Positions 45,345-54,356 of a stretch of DNA of 64,000 bases are shown in pieces. The stretch is taken from assembly GCA_046328875.1 (NCBI GenBank), contig JAXLVS010000001.1:2513315-2577314 (forward strand). Reading direction: 5' to 3'. The translations under genes and the position numbers were made by a program. This DNA comes from Anaerolineales bacterium. GTDB taxonomy: Bacteria > Chloroflexota > Anaerolineae > Anaerolineales > Villigracilaceae. The number at the start of each line of letters is the position of its first letter. The stretch's first letter is position 1. Under the pieces are notes generated by a model. That model did not search any database. It was not told the DNA's origin and saw only the letters and a program-made list of their open reading frames with translations.

Positions 45345-46718
45345 TTACTTGAGAGCAGCGCTGTATTCTTCTTGAATCTTGGCAACAACTTCTTCGGGAG
45401 TAAGTTCTTCGGTGATCAACTTGCCAAGGGCATCCTGCATGATGGTGGAGAGCTTGGCAGCTTCCTTGATACCTGCGAAACCAACACCGTACTTGGAGGC
45501 CAATTCAGCTTCGCGCTGAAGTTGCGGGGAGTCTGCAACAAAGCCATATTGAGAATCGTTGCGGGCAGGGATCAGGCCCATGGTCTGATTCCACTTGTTG
45601 TTCGCTTCCTTGGAGAAAGCCATCTTCAACCATTCCGCGGCGAGTTCTTTGTTGGGGCTGTAATCAGCAACAGCCAACCAGTCATTGAAGGCGAGCACAA
45701 CAGGCTTGCTGTTGGGGAAGTTCTCAGGATCGCCATAGAAAGGTTCAATAGTGATGTTGTCCCAGATCGGGCGGTCAAAGGCAGGAGCAGCCCAACCAGA
45801 GTGAGCGAGACATACTGCGCCATTATCCTTACCAGAAGCATCGTCCTTATCGATAACAGAGCCCTGTCCAGTGGGGAGGGAACCAACTGCATCAGCAGCG
45901 GGACCATATGTGGCGGTGCGCATGTCAGCAAGGAACTGAGTAGCAGCTAAAGCTTCGGGGGAATCGAAGTTGGGGGTGCCATCGGCCTTGTAGAGTTCGC
46001 CGCCGAGGGAGTAGTACACCAACAACCACCATTGCCAGTCAGCCATGGAAGCGGCATCAACTGGAACAAGCGCTTGCTGAGTCAAGGAATTTGTAGCGGG
46101 GTCAATTACGCTGTTTTCCTTGGCAAATGTGATCCAGTCAGCAAAGTTCTTCTGAGGGACGGTGCCTTTGGCCAAGTCAGTGCGGCAGAATACATAGCGA
46201 GGAGCAGTGAAGATCGGGAGGCCGCGAAGTTTGCCATCATACTTGGCATTTTCAAGTGCGGGTCCGAAATTCGAGATTTCATCCCAAGCGCCAGCACCGA
46301 GGTAGGGATCCATATCCGCAAGGCTTTGGCCGTAAAGGGTATTCATCTCAGAACCAAGGTTGATGATGTCAGGGCCTTCGCCAGCAGCGAAGAAACCACT
46401 GAAAGTGGTGTCCCAGCCAGACCAAGTACCTTCAGTAATCTCAACGGTTACGCCAGGGTGAGCTGCTTCAAAAGCAGGGTTGATATCGCTCTTGAGCCAG
46501 GCAATTGTGTCGGGGGTGTAATCGAGCAAGTAGATCTTCAATGTTGTAGCTTCACCAGAAGCAGCAGGGGCTTCGGTTGCAGCAGGAGCCTCAGTTGCTG
46601 CAGGGGCTTCCGTAGCAGCAGCGGGAGCTTCGGTTGCAGCAGCAGGAGCGCCACAAGCCGAAAGTACGAGGCTGGCCAAAATAATGATGGACAGCAGGGC
46701 TAACATTTTCTTTTGCAT
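45345..46718 (-). CDS. Sugar ABC substrate-binding lipoprotein
   Basis: LVLSAC lipobox; GEGPDII, GLPIFTAPRYVFCRTDL, FDSPEAL. Confidence 0.9.
   Translation of the reverse strand: MQKKMLALLSIIILASLVLSACGAPAAATEAPAAATEAPAATEAPAATEAPAASGEATTLKIYLLDYTPDTIAWLKSDINPAFEAAHPGVTVEITEGTWSGWDTTFSGFFAAGEGPDIINLGSEMNTLYGQSLADMDPYLGAGAWDEISNFGPALENAKYDGKLRGLPIFTAPRYVFCRTDLAKGTVPQKNFADWITFAKENSVIDPATNSLTQQALVPVDAASMADWQWWLLVYYSLGGELYKADGTPNFDSPEALAATQFLADMRTATYGPAADAVGSLPTGQGSVIDKDDASGKDNGAVCLAHSGWAAPAFDRPIWDNITIEPFYGDPENFPNSKPVVLAFNDWLAVADYSPNKELAAEWLKMAFSKEANNKWNQTMGLIPARNDSQYGFVADSPQLQREAELASKYGVGFAGIKEAAKLSTIMQDALGKLITEELTPEEVVAKIQEEYSAALK
46561..46650 (-). repeat. Coding tandem repeat (ATEAPA x4 linker)
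   Basis: APAAATEAPAAATEAPAATEAPAATEAPAA after the lipobox. Confidence 0.85.
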
Positions 46719-46834
46719 CTTTCTTCTCCTTGTGTATTAATTCGATATTTTTTCGAGCAAATTTGTTTCATGTAAGCAACGTATCGGTCCCTCATCCTCC
46801 TTTCTGCTGGATGATTGAAAAATCCAGGAAATGG

Positions 46835-47686
46835 TTAACTCATCCTGCCGATACGTGCAGTTACATCCTGTGCAAAGCGTTGAATAAACTCCTGCGTGAA
46901 CTCAGCGGGATTTTTCCCAGCGTCATTCATTAAAGGCGTCATATCCATCGCGTAAGACAGCCCGGTCGTGGCGTCCACACCATGCGACTCAAAGTACGTG
47001 GCATTGGCACGGCGGCGCCCCATCGAAGCAAGGTCATAGCGTTTTCCCCCAGCGATCTGCGAATCAAACACACCTAATAAAGCGAACTGCAGATTTTCAT
47101 GATCAGAGACATTCATCAGTACTTTATCTGGATCAACCATCCAATCCAGTGCACGCCAGACTTCACACCCAACGACTCTTTCGGGACGTTCAACCTGATC
47201 CAGTTTTCTCAGGGCGTTAATTACCCTGAGAGCTACACCAACGTGCGTGTCGTGCTTATCTGCAAGATTATGCGTGTACACCACCTGAGGCTTCGTGGCG
47301 CGCAATAACGCAACCAGATCTTCCACAGGTTCATTTCTCGAAACATCTTTGATGATCTTGCTGGGCATATCCAGCATCACTTGTGCGGAGAACTCCCCCA
47401 CATAAGCAGCCTTGCGCTGTTCCTTAAAGCGGACAAGGCGCATGTCATCGTCACTGTAATCCGCATACAGAGCATCTCGCGGAGAACCGCGCCCGTCAGT
47501 CACAACGACACCCGTAAACCATTTATCCTTCTGCTGAAAGCATTCAAGAATTGGCTGAGCAGACATGATCTCAATGTCATCCTGATGCGCGGCAATACAC
47601 AAGTGCGTGGTGCGTGCAAGCGCCTCTTCCACAGGCGTATTATCTGGAACATAAATTTCGGCAGTATCTAAGTGAAACTTCATCAT
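46835..47686 (-). CDS. PIG-L/LmbE family N-deacetylase
   Basis: AAHQDDIE (HxDD), VTDG, RFKEQ, HDTH. Confidence 0.88.
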   Translation of the reverse strand: MMKFHLDTAEIYVPDNTPVEEALARTTHLCIAAHQDDIEIMSAQPILECFQQKDKWFTGVVVTDGRGSPRDALYADYSDDDMRLVRFKEQRKAAYVGEFSAQVMLDMPSKIIKDVSRNEPVEDLVALLRATKPQVVYTHNLADKHDTHVGVALRVINALRKLDQVERPERVVGCEVWRALDWMVDPDKVLMNVSDHENLQFALLGVFDSQIAGGKRYDLASMGRRRANATYFESHGVDATTGLSYAMDMTPLMNDAGKNPAEFTQEFIQRFAQDVTARIGRMS

Positions 47687-47692
47687 TAATTC

Positions 47693-49078
47693 CTATTCAA
47701 CAACTGGCAAACTCGCCGCTGCAACAGACTGGCCCACGCGGCGTATTTTTTCATCAGGCAAATGCAATTCGATCTTCCCAACTAACTCAGGGAATTCCGC
47801 CTCAAACACTTTCTTCGCGCCTTCGAGCAACAAGTCACCACCACGGCCAGAGGTACAACGGCCAAGGATTAGAACGTGCTTGATATCATAAAAATCCGCG
47901 TAGTGAGCAATGCCATAGCCAAGGTACACGCCCATGCTCTGCCAAATCTTCAACGCGCCTTCATGACCTGCATCCAATTTTTCCTGCACGAACTTCAACT
48001 TCTCGGCATCGGTCACATCCACTGGAATTTCAATTCCCGCTTTAGGTGCAAGGCGGAAAACACACTGCTGTGAAAAATAAGAAGCGCCGCAACCCTTGTC
48101 ATCAGACCATTCTTCCACGGGAGCCTTCGGGCTGTAATCAATCGGTGCAAAAGCCAATTCATTCAGCCAACCCATAATGTGACCTTCCATATTCACATAA
48201 CCTGCCGCTTCGCTGGAGCCGAGAGCAATTCCTAAAATCCCGTTATCTTCAATAGACATGGAACCTGCCAACGCAGTCACATCGCCATCGTTGATAACTT
48301 CCAAAGGCACACCTAATTCATCGCGAATGCGCAGGAACATATTTTTAATTTCGCTGAATTGCTCCTGAGGAATTCCGCGAAACAACGAAGCCACCATCGG
48401 ACGGTTATCAATATAAATACCTGCAGAGCTGCCACCAATTGCATCCACGCGCGGCATTTTGCTCGCAGCAGTTTTCAGTGCAGTCATCACTTCGCGATAG
48501 TGATATTCGGGATCAGAATTTTTGCGCGGCTCCCAAATCACTTCCTCGCTATAAATGGGATTCCCATCTACTACGGCGCTAACTTTGCGATCAGAGGCGC
48601 CGAGGTCAAACCCAATGCGATGACCCTGCAAATTGCGGCCGAGCAGTTTCCCCGTCTCACGCGAAGCGGGCACTTCATCCACACCGCAAGAGACAACGGA
48701 AAATTCCTTTTCGTACACCTGAGTCCCCATAAAGTGAAAATCAAATTTTTGCTCACCATTATTGCTATATACACTCTTCAAATATTCAGCAATCTTTGGC
48801 GAACCACCGACATGCAACGTATGTCCGCCGCGCTGCCAGAGCAAAAACTTAACGATGCGTTCAATATATTGAAAATTAGATTCGAAATTCGGATGACCTT
48901 CAGGATAAACTTTGGTCTCAAAGCGAGACACTTCGCCGCCGCTTCTTTCCACGCCGATCACTGTTCGCACACCAACAGACTCAACCTCACGCTGAAAATT
49001 TTGATTCGCCAAAATCGCAGGGCGAAAATCTTCATCCAATGGAGGTAACACTTGCGGAAGAACCAACTTCAAAGACAT
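47693..49078 (-). CDS. ROK-family sugar kinase with long N-terminal extension
   Basis: GFDLGASD, INDGDVTALA, LGSSEAAG, ELAF; no HTH and no CxCGxxGC zinc motif. Confidence 0.75.
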   Translation of the reverse strand: MSLKLVLPQVLPPLDEDFRPAILANQNFQREVESVGVRTVIGVERSGGEVSRFETKVYPEGHPNFESNFQYIERIVKFLLWQRGGHTLHVGGSPKIAEYLKSVYSNNGEQKFDFHFMGTQVYEKEFSVVSCGVDEVPASRETGKLLGRNLQGHRIGFDLGASDRKVSAVVDGNPIYSEEVIWEPRKNSDPEYHYREVMTALKTAASKMPRVDAIGGSSAGIYIDNRPMVASLFRGIPQEQFSEIKNMFLRIRDELGVPLEVINDGDVTALAGSMSIEDNGILGIALGSSEAAGYVNMEGHIMGWLNELAFAPIDYSPKAPVEEWSDDKGCGASYFSQQCVFRLAPKAGIEIPVDVTDAEKLKFVQEKLDAGHEGALKIWQSMGVYLGYGIAHYADFYDIKHVLILGRCTSGRGGDLLLEGAKKVFEAEFPELVGKIELHLPDEKIRRVGQSVAAASLPVVE

Positions 49079-50226
49079 TAATTTTCCTCGTTGAATAAAA
49101 GGGAATAATCATCAAGCAGCAAAAATGCGGAAGCGCCGAGGATACAAGCGCGATAATCCAATTTGCCGATCTCAAGTTTTGTGCTCTCAGCCATGCGTGT
49201 CAATGCACCTGTCTGCATGGACGAGCTAACTGCTTCCAACCACTCATCGCCGAAGCGTGTCATATCGCCTGTGAGGACGATTTTTTGAATATTTAGGATA
49301 CCGATCAAATTCGCGAGCGATGTACCGAGGTAATGACCTGCTTTTCCAACAACAGCGGTTGCCTTGGAATTCCCAGATTGAAACGATGAAATGACATCGT
49401 CCAAGGAATCCATTTTCATTTGCTGAACAACCGCCCGCGCACTGGAGAGGGTTTCTAAACAGCCGCGTTTGCCGCAACGGCAGAGCTCGCCATTTTCCTG
49501 CACAACCACGTGACCAATTTCGCCCGCGCCGCCGCCATCTCCCTGAAAGAGCTGTCCATCGATCAAAATACCTGCGCCAATACCATGCTTGACGTTAACC
49601 ACGATCAGGTTTTCATCAGGCACATGGTTGCCACCATATACGTATTCACCAATGGCAGTCGCTTGGCTGTCATTCAAAACAGAAACGGGGAGTTTGTATT
49701 TCTTCTGGAGCAATTGACCAAGTGGCAGATCCTGCCAAGCAAGATTTACTGCATTGACCACAATCCCATCACGGGTATTGATAAGGCCTGGAGCGCCCAC
49801 ACCAATGCCAACGATGGGTTTTAATTTTTTCCGAATAAGCTGGTCTAGGAGTTTGTAAACAATTTCAAGCGCATTTTCGCCATTGTCATCATGAACAGGC
49901 GCTTCGACAAGTTCCTTGATCTCGCCCCGTAAGTTGACCACTGCCCCAATGAATTTATCTTGTGCCAAGTTCAAGCCGATCAAATAGCGCGAGTCAGCTA
50001 CGATGCTGAGCAAGATGGGCGATTTTCCGCCAATAGACTCACCGCGTCCAACTTCTTCCACCAAACCTTCAGCAAGCAAGCCGTTGACCACATCCGAGAC
50101 CGTAGTGCGTGTGAGATTGGTTACACGCGCTACTTCGGCACGGCTGATCGACTCGTTGACAAAGATCGTCCGCAGGACAAGATCGCGATTATGCTGTTTG
50201 GTTTGTTGGTGAGTTGCTTTTTTCAT
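49078..50226 (-). CDS. ROK-family transcriptional regulator (NagC/XylR-like)
   Basis: HTH ISRAEVARVTNLTRTTVS; GEIGH; CRCGKRGCLE; TAATG coupling to the kinase gene. Confidence 0.92.
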   Translation of the reverse strand: MKKATHQQTKQHNRDLVLRTIFVNESISRAEVARVTNLTRTTVSDVVNGLLAEGLVEEVGRGESIGGKSPILLSIVADSRYLIGLNLAQDKFIGAVVNLRGEIKELVEAPVHDDNGENALEIVYKLLDQLIRKKLKPIVGIGVGAPGLINTRDGIVVNAVNLAWQDLPLGQLLQKKYKLPVSVLNDSQATAIGEYVYGGNHVPDENLIVVNVKHGIGAGILIDGQLFQGDGGGAGEIGHVVVQENGELCRCGKRGCLETLSSARAVVQQMKMDSLDDVISSFQSGNSKATAVVGKAGHYLGTSLANLIGILNIQKIVLTGDMTRFGDEWLEAVSSSMQTGALTRMAESTKLEIGKLDYRACILGASAFLLLDDYSLLFNEEN

Positions 50227-50336
50227 AGCTAACGAAAAATCCTTGAAACCTAATTTCTTGAATTTATGTCTACACGCAGAACCAAAACTACTAACTAGCA
50301 TAAAATACTTTGTAAATTCACTGGACTAACAAACTC

Positions 50337-50365
50337 ATTTTACAGATTCCCCCACAATAAGTCAA
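50337..50365 (-). promoter_or_regulatory. Sigma70-type promoter for the amino-sugar operon
   Basis: TTGACT-17 nt-TAAAAT on the minus strand. Confidence 0.65.
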
Positions 50366-50375
50366 GGCCCAATCC

Positions 50376-50404
50376 TTGACAAAAAATTTAGTCTTGGCTA
50401 AAAT
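50376..50404 (+). promoter_or_regulatory. Sigma70-type promoter for the metal operon
   Basis: TTGACA-17 nt-TAAAAT. Confidence 0.75.
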
Positions 50405-50426
50405 AAATTTAGCTTAGACTAAATTT
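50384..50426. promoter_or_regulatory. Tandem DtxR/MntR-type operators
   Basis: AAATTTAGTCTTGGCTAAAATA (50384-50405) and AAATTTAGCTTAGACTAAATTT (50405-50426), offset by 21 bp, covering the -10 and +1 of an operon that encodes DtxR proteins. Confidence 0.75.
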
Positions 50427-50436
50427 TAGGTGAACT

Positions 50437-51123
50437 ATGAATGCAATCCAAATTACTGGTCTGCTCGCAATTCTTGGTGCAATCCTCTACGCTATTGGTG
50501 ATACCTTTCTCCTCGCGAACAAAGTGGACATCAACCACTATCCAAAACTTGTGCCGTTTAAAAAATTGCTTTCAGATACTGAAAAATTCGTCTCCATCCC
50601 TTCCGGAAAAATGATGTGGGGTGCGCTACTCGGTGTCTTTTCAACACCACTCATAATGGCAGGTTTCTGGCATATCTATGAAGGATTATCAGGAGCCAAT
50701 CAGATACTTAGAGCAATTATTTTCTTCCTGTTTGTCATCGCATCGGTGACCGGCGCATTCGTACATGGCTCATTCTTTTATGCAGGCGAATATGTCAAAG
50801 CGCTGAACGCAGTCAGTGAAGATTCACAAAACGTGATCGTTGAATTATTCAACCGCCACCGCCAGGTGCTTATCATCACCTATGCTCCCCTGCTCATCAT
50901 GGTCATCATTGCATCTGGGTTATTTTCCATGGCAGTCATTACAAGTCAAACTCTTTTCCCTGCGTGGATGGCAGCGATCAACCCAGTCACAATGACCATT
51001 GTCTGGCTTTTACTTAAACGAATTCTGCCAGCCTTCATGACAGACCCACTTGAAGGTGCAGGCTTCAACGTTGCTTACTTTGTATTTTTTGTTTGCACAA
51101 CCATCACTCTTTGGAGCGCATAA
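50437..51123 (+). CDS. Multi-pass membrane protein (DUF6796-like)
   Basis: About 6 hydrophobic helices; YAIGDTFL, VHGSF, WMAAINP; the family assignment is from memory. Confidence 0.55.
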   Translation: MNAIQITGLLAILGAILYAIGDTFLLANKVDINHYPKLVPFKKLLSDTEKFVSIPSGKMMWGALLGVFSTPLIMAGFWHIYEGLSGANQILRAIIFFLFVIASVTGAFVHGSFFYAGEYVKALNAVSEDSQNVIVELFNRHRQVLIITYAPLLIMVIIASGLFSMAVITSQTLFPAWMAAINPVTMTIVWLLLKRILPAFMTDPLEGAGFNVAYFVFFVCTTITLWSA

Positions 51124-51129
51124 ATAAAA

Positions 51130-51807
51130 ATGGAACAAACCCTCACCAACTCCATTCAGGACTATCTGAAAAATATCTACGAACTCACTGAAAATGGTGA
51201 GAGTGCAAGCACCAATGCACTTGCATCCAGGCTTAATGTCAAACCTGCATCTGTGACTGGCATGGTGCAAAAATTAGCATCAGCAAAACCTGCACTCGTT
51301 GAGTATCAAAAACATCAGGGCGTGACATTGACCAATGATGGAAAAAAGGCAGCACTGGAAGTGATCCGCCACCACCGATTATTGGAAACATGGCTCGTGC
51401 AAACACTCGGCTACACATGGGACGAAGTCCATGCGGAGGCAGAAAAGCTGGAGCACGTCATCTCGGAGGATTTCGAGAGACGCATCGCCGCCGCCATGGG
51501 ACATCCGCTTCGCGACCCACACGGAGAGTTGATCCCCACTGCCGATCTTAAGATGCCGTTGGATGATTCGACTCCGCTCTCCTCGCTTCGCACCAATCAA
51601 TGTGGGACGATCCAATACGTAAAAGCCACAGACGCAGATCTACTCAAATACTTTGAGAATCTCGGGTTGATTCCTGGAACAGAAATAGAAGTAAAAGACT
51701 ACTCCCCCTTTGACCATAACCTGACCATCAAGATCGGGCGCAAGTCTGTTGTGCTCGGATTGAACATCACAAGCAAAATATATGTAAAAGAAAAACAAAC
51801 AAGTTAG
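51130..51807 (+). CDS. DtxR/MntR-family metal-dependent repressor with C-terminal FeoA/SH3 domain
   Basis: QDYLK, PASVTGMVQKL, HHRLLETWL, VHAEAEKLEH, DPHGELIP, LGLIPG. Confidence 0.93.
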   Translation: MEQTLTNSIQDYLKNIYELTENGESASTNALASRLNVKPASVTGMVQKLASAKPALVEYQKHQGVTLTNDGKKAALEVIRHHRLLETWLVQTLGYTWDEVHAEAEKLEHVISEDFERRIAAAMGHPLRDPHGELIPTADLKMPLDDSTPLSSLRTNQCGTIQYVKATDADLLKYFENLGLIPGTEIEVKDYSPFDHNLTIKIGRKSVVLGLNITSKIYVKEKQTS

Positions 51808-51834
51808 CAAAAAGAATATTTTTAGAAGTAACCA

Positions 51835-52434
51835 ATGAACGAAAACATTTTCCGTACTTTAGCCGCGTTGACTCTTTTTACTGGAATAGGCATCTCAAGC
51901 TACTTTCGTATAAAAGCAGATAAAGAAACAGGCGAGAAAATCTCCCGCAAAGTAGACGGTTCTGTCATGATGAACATCATTAAATTCCTTGGGCTGGCTT
52001 TATGGTTAAGCCCGATCATTTATTTGATAAACCCAAAGTGGATGGCTTGGTCCAAGATCGGGCTACCAGAATCCATGCGCTGGCTAGGAATTGGCATTGC
52101 AATTGTCAATGATGTGTTACTGTATTGGCTGTTTAGCAGCATCGGCAGCGGAATCTCTCCCACCAGCGCCACCCGCAAAGAACATAAACTATCCACTAGC
52201 GGACCGTACCGCTGGGTTCGGCATCCGCTTTACACCGTGGGGGCCGTGCTATTCATTTCATTTGGAATGATGGCCGACAACTGGTTTATCGCAGTCTTGG
52301 GAATTTTAGCTTTCATCGCTATGGCAAAACGAACGCCGCAAGAAGAAGCCAATCTCATCGAAAAATTTGGTGACGAATACAAGGAATACATGAAACACAC
52401 AGGACGATTTTTACCAAAACTAGGAAGCAAATAA
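51835..52434 (+). CDS. ICMT/PEMT-family membrane methyltransferase
   Basis: GPYRWVRHPLY, EEANLIEKFGDEYKEYM. Confidence 0.85.
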   Translation: MNENIFRTLAALTLFTGIGISSYFRIKADKETGEKISRKVDGSVMMNIIKFLGLALWLSPIIYLINPKWMAWSKIGLPESMRWLGIGIAIVNDVLLYWLFSSIGSGISPTSATRKEHKLSTSGPYRWVRHPLYTVGAVLFISFGMMADNWFIAVLGILAFIAMAKRTPQEEANLIEKFGDEYKEYMKHTGRFLPKLGSK

Positions 52435-52436
52435 TT

Positions 52437-53441
52437 ATGACTATGACCGTTTGGCTCGTACTGGCAATCCTTTTGATTTCCGCAATTTTCATCCCGCGCG
52501 TAGGACTTATCGCGATCTATAAAACCTATCGCGCTGCTAGAGAACGTGAATTAGTGGAAGATGCGCTCAAACATTTGCTTGACCGTGAACAACATGGAAG
52601 GCAGGCATCTCCCGAATCATTGGCAGGTACATTGAACTTGCAACGAAGCCGAGTTACCCGCCTAATTGAGGATATGGAAACTCAAGGCCTGCTCGAATCA
52701 CGCGGCATGAATCTACACCTCACCACACAAGGTGAAAGATGGGCGCTGCATGTTGTCCGTGCGCACCGTTTATGGGAACGTTATCTCACAGACGAAGCGC
52801 GCATGCCACTGGGAAAGATCCATGGCGAATCGGAAAGACGCGAACACTCGCTCACGGAAGCACAGCTTAATGATCTGGATGCGGCTCTGGGCCACCCGAC
52901 TCGTGACCCACATGGCGATCCAATCCCTACCCGTGAGGGGACTCTGCTCAAGGCGGAGGGAATGCCGTTGACGGCGTGGCAGGATGAAGGTCCAGCACGG
53001 ATCGTGCACCTTGAAGATGAGCCTGCCTTAGCGTTTGAACAAATCTTGGCAGCAGGACTCCGTTTGGGGCAAACCATCCGCATATTGGATCGAAGTCCTC
53101 AACGAATATTGTTGACTGACGGCGAAACCGAATTCCGTCTTGCACCTGCTGTTGCAGCCAATGTGAGTGTGGCGCCGCTCCCTGAAAGTGAAGTTGCTAA
53201 AGCGAACTCGATCCCATTGGCTGAGTTGACGTATGACCAACGTGCCGAGATCGTAGTGCTGGATGAAGCTGTGCAAGGGTTTACGCGCAGACGATTTTTG
53301 GATCTTGGGTTGACACCCGGTACGGTAATCTACCCTGAATTACAAAATTTCTTTGGCGACCCGCGTGCCTACCGTGTGCGTGGAACATTGATAGCACTGC
53401 GAAAAGATCAGGCGGCGCAGATCTGGGTGAAGCCTGTGTAA
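52437..53441 (+). CDS. Membrane-anchored DtxR-like protein fused to two FeoA domains
   Basis: N-terminal hydrophobic helix; EDALKHL, HRLWERYL, IHGESERREH, DPHGDPIP; FeoA LAAGLRLG and RRRFLDLGLTPG..GDPRAYRVRG. Confidence 0.8.
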   Translation: MTMTVWLVLAILLISAIFIPRVGLIAIYKTYRAARERELVEDALKHLLDREQHGRQASPESLAGTLNLQRSRVTRLIEDMETQGLLESRGMNLHLTTQGERWALHVVRAHRLWERYLTDEARMPLGKIHGESERREHSLTEAQLNDLDAALGHPTRDPHGDPIPTREGTLLKAEGMPLTAWQDEGPARIVHLEDEPALAFEQILAAGLRLGQTIRILDRSPQRILLTDGETEFRLAPAVAANVSVAPLPESEVAKANSIPLAELTYDQRAEIVVLDEAVQGFTRRRFLDLGLTPGTVIYPELQNFFGDPRAYRVRGTLIALRKDQAAQIWVKPV

Positions 53442-53516
53442 TACACGCGGAAACAAGTAGACAAACACAAAACGTGTACGCAATTATTTATTTACGAACT
53501 TTTGAAAAGAGAAACT

Positions 53517-54353
53517 ATGACAAATACAAAAACTGTACTCCCTACCGAACATTGTGAGACCTGTCCTGCATTTACTCAGCTGGAGCAGATGGGAATCAAA
53601 GTTGGAGATTTTGACCGAGTAGTAGCGCTAGCAGGAAACCCGAATACAGGAAAATCCACGCTATTCAATGCGTTAACTGGGTTAAAGCAACATACTGGCA
53701 ACTGGCCAGGCAAAACTGTGACGCGCGCTGAAGGTGGTTTTGAGTTTAACAAGATGCGTTACAAGTTAGTTGACCTGCCTGGGACTTATTCGCTGCTTTC
53801 TGCATCACAAGATGAGGAAGTGGCTCGCGATTTTATTTTGTTCGGACAGCCAAGCTGCACGATTGTAGTATGTGATGCAACATCGCTGGAAAGAAATTTA
53901 AACCTCGTTTTACAAGTTATGGAAATTACCGAACATGTTGTTGTTGCAATCAACCTCATGGATGAAGCAAAACGAAAAGGTCTCGAAGTAGACGCACGTT
54001 CCTTGAGCCGTGACCTCGGCATTCCCGCCATTGCGATCACCGCTAGAACTGGCGAAGGGATTCATACTCTGTTGGGTGCAGTTTCAGATGTGATCGAAGG
54101 AAAAGTTGAGACCAAGCCTTTACGCGTGAATGGCACACCTGAATTTCAAAAGGCTGTAAATGAACTGGTGCCAATGATCGAACAAATGGCACCTGGGATT
54201 CCGAATGCACGCTGGCTTGCGATTCGCCTTTTGGATGGTGACGCACGCGTACAAAAAGCATTGTCCACTGGTGAGTTGGGAGATATTGTCTCGCGTCAAC
54301 AGCGGGCAGATGTGCAATTTAGCGGGAAGATGTCAGTTGAAGGAAGGCAATAA
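53517..54353 (+). CDS. feoB: FeoB N-terminal GTPase/helical domain (split gene)
   Basis: GNPNTGKS, GNWPGKTV, DLPG, NLMD, TARTGEG; N-terminal CETC. Confidence 0.88.
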   Translation: MTNTKTVLPTEHCETCPAFTQLEQMGIKVGDFDRVVALAGNPNTGKSTLFNALTGLKQHTGNWPGKTVTRAEGGFEFNKMRYKLVDLPGTYSLLSASQDEEVARDFILFGQPSCTIVVCDATSLERNLNLVLQVMEITEHVVVAINLMDEAKRKGLEVDARSLSRDLGIPAIAITARTGEGIHTLLGAVSDVIEGKVETKPLRVNGTPEFQKAVNELVPMIEQMAPGIPNARWLAIRLLDGDARVQKALSTGELGDIVSRQQRADVQFSGKMSVEGRQ

Positions 54354-54356
54354 TTT

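Noticed and set aside
46032-46703. 223-aa plus-strand ORF
   Set aside because: Antisense shadow of the binding-protein gene; explained by its strong codon bias; no motifs.
40617-50226. Amino-sugar operon as a dedicated Pel recycling pathway
   Set aside because: GH3 NagZ cleaves beta-linked GlcNAc whereas Pel is alpha-1,4 GalN/GalNAc; the loci are 10 kb apart and differ in composition.
50307-50335. ROK-family operator ACTTTGT...ACAAACT
   Set aside because: The position is plausible but the symmetry is weak and I found no convincing second copy.
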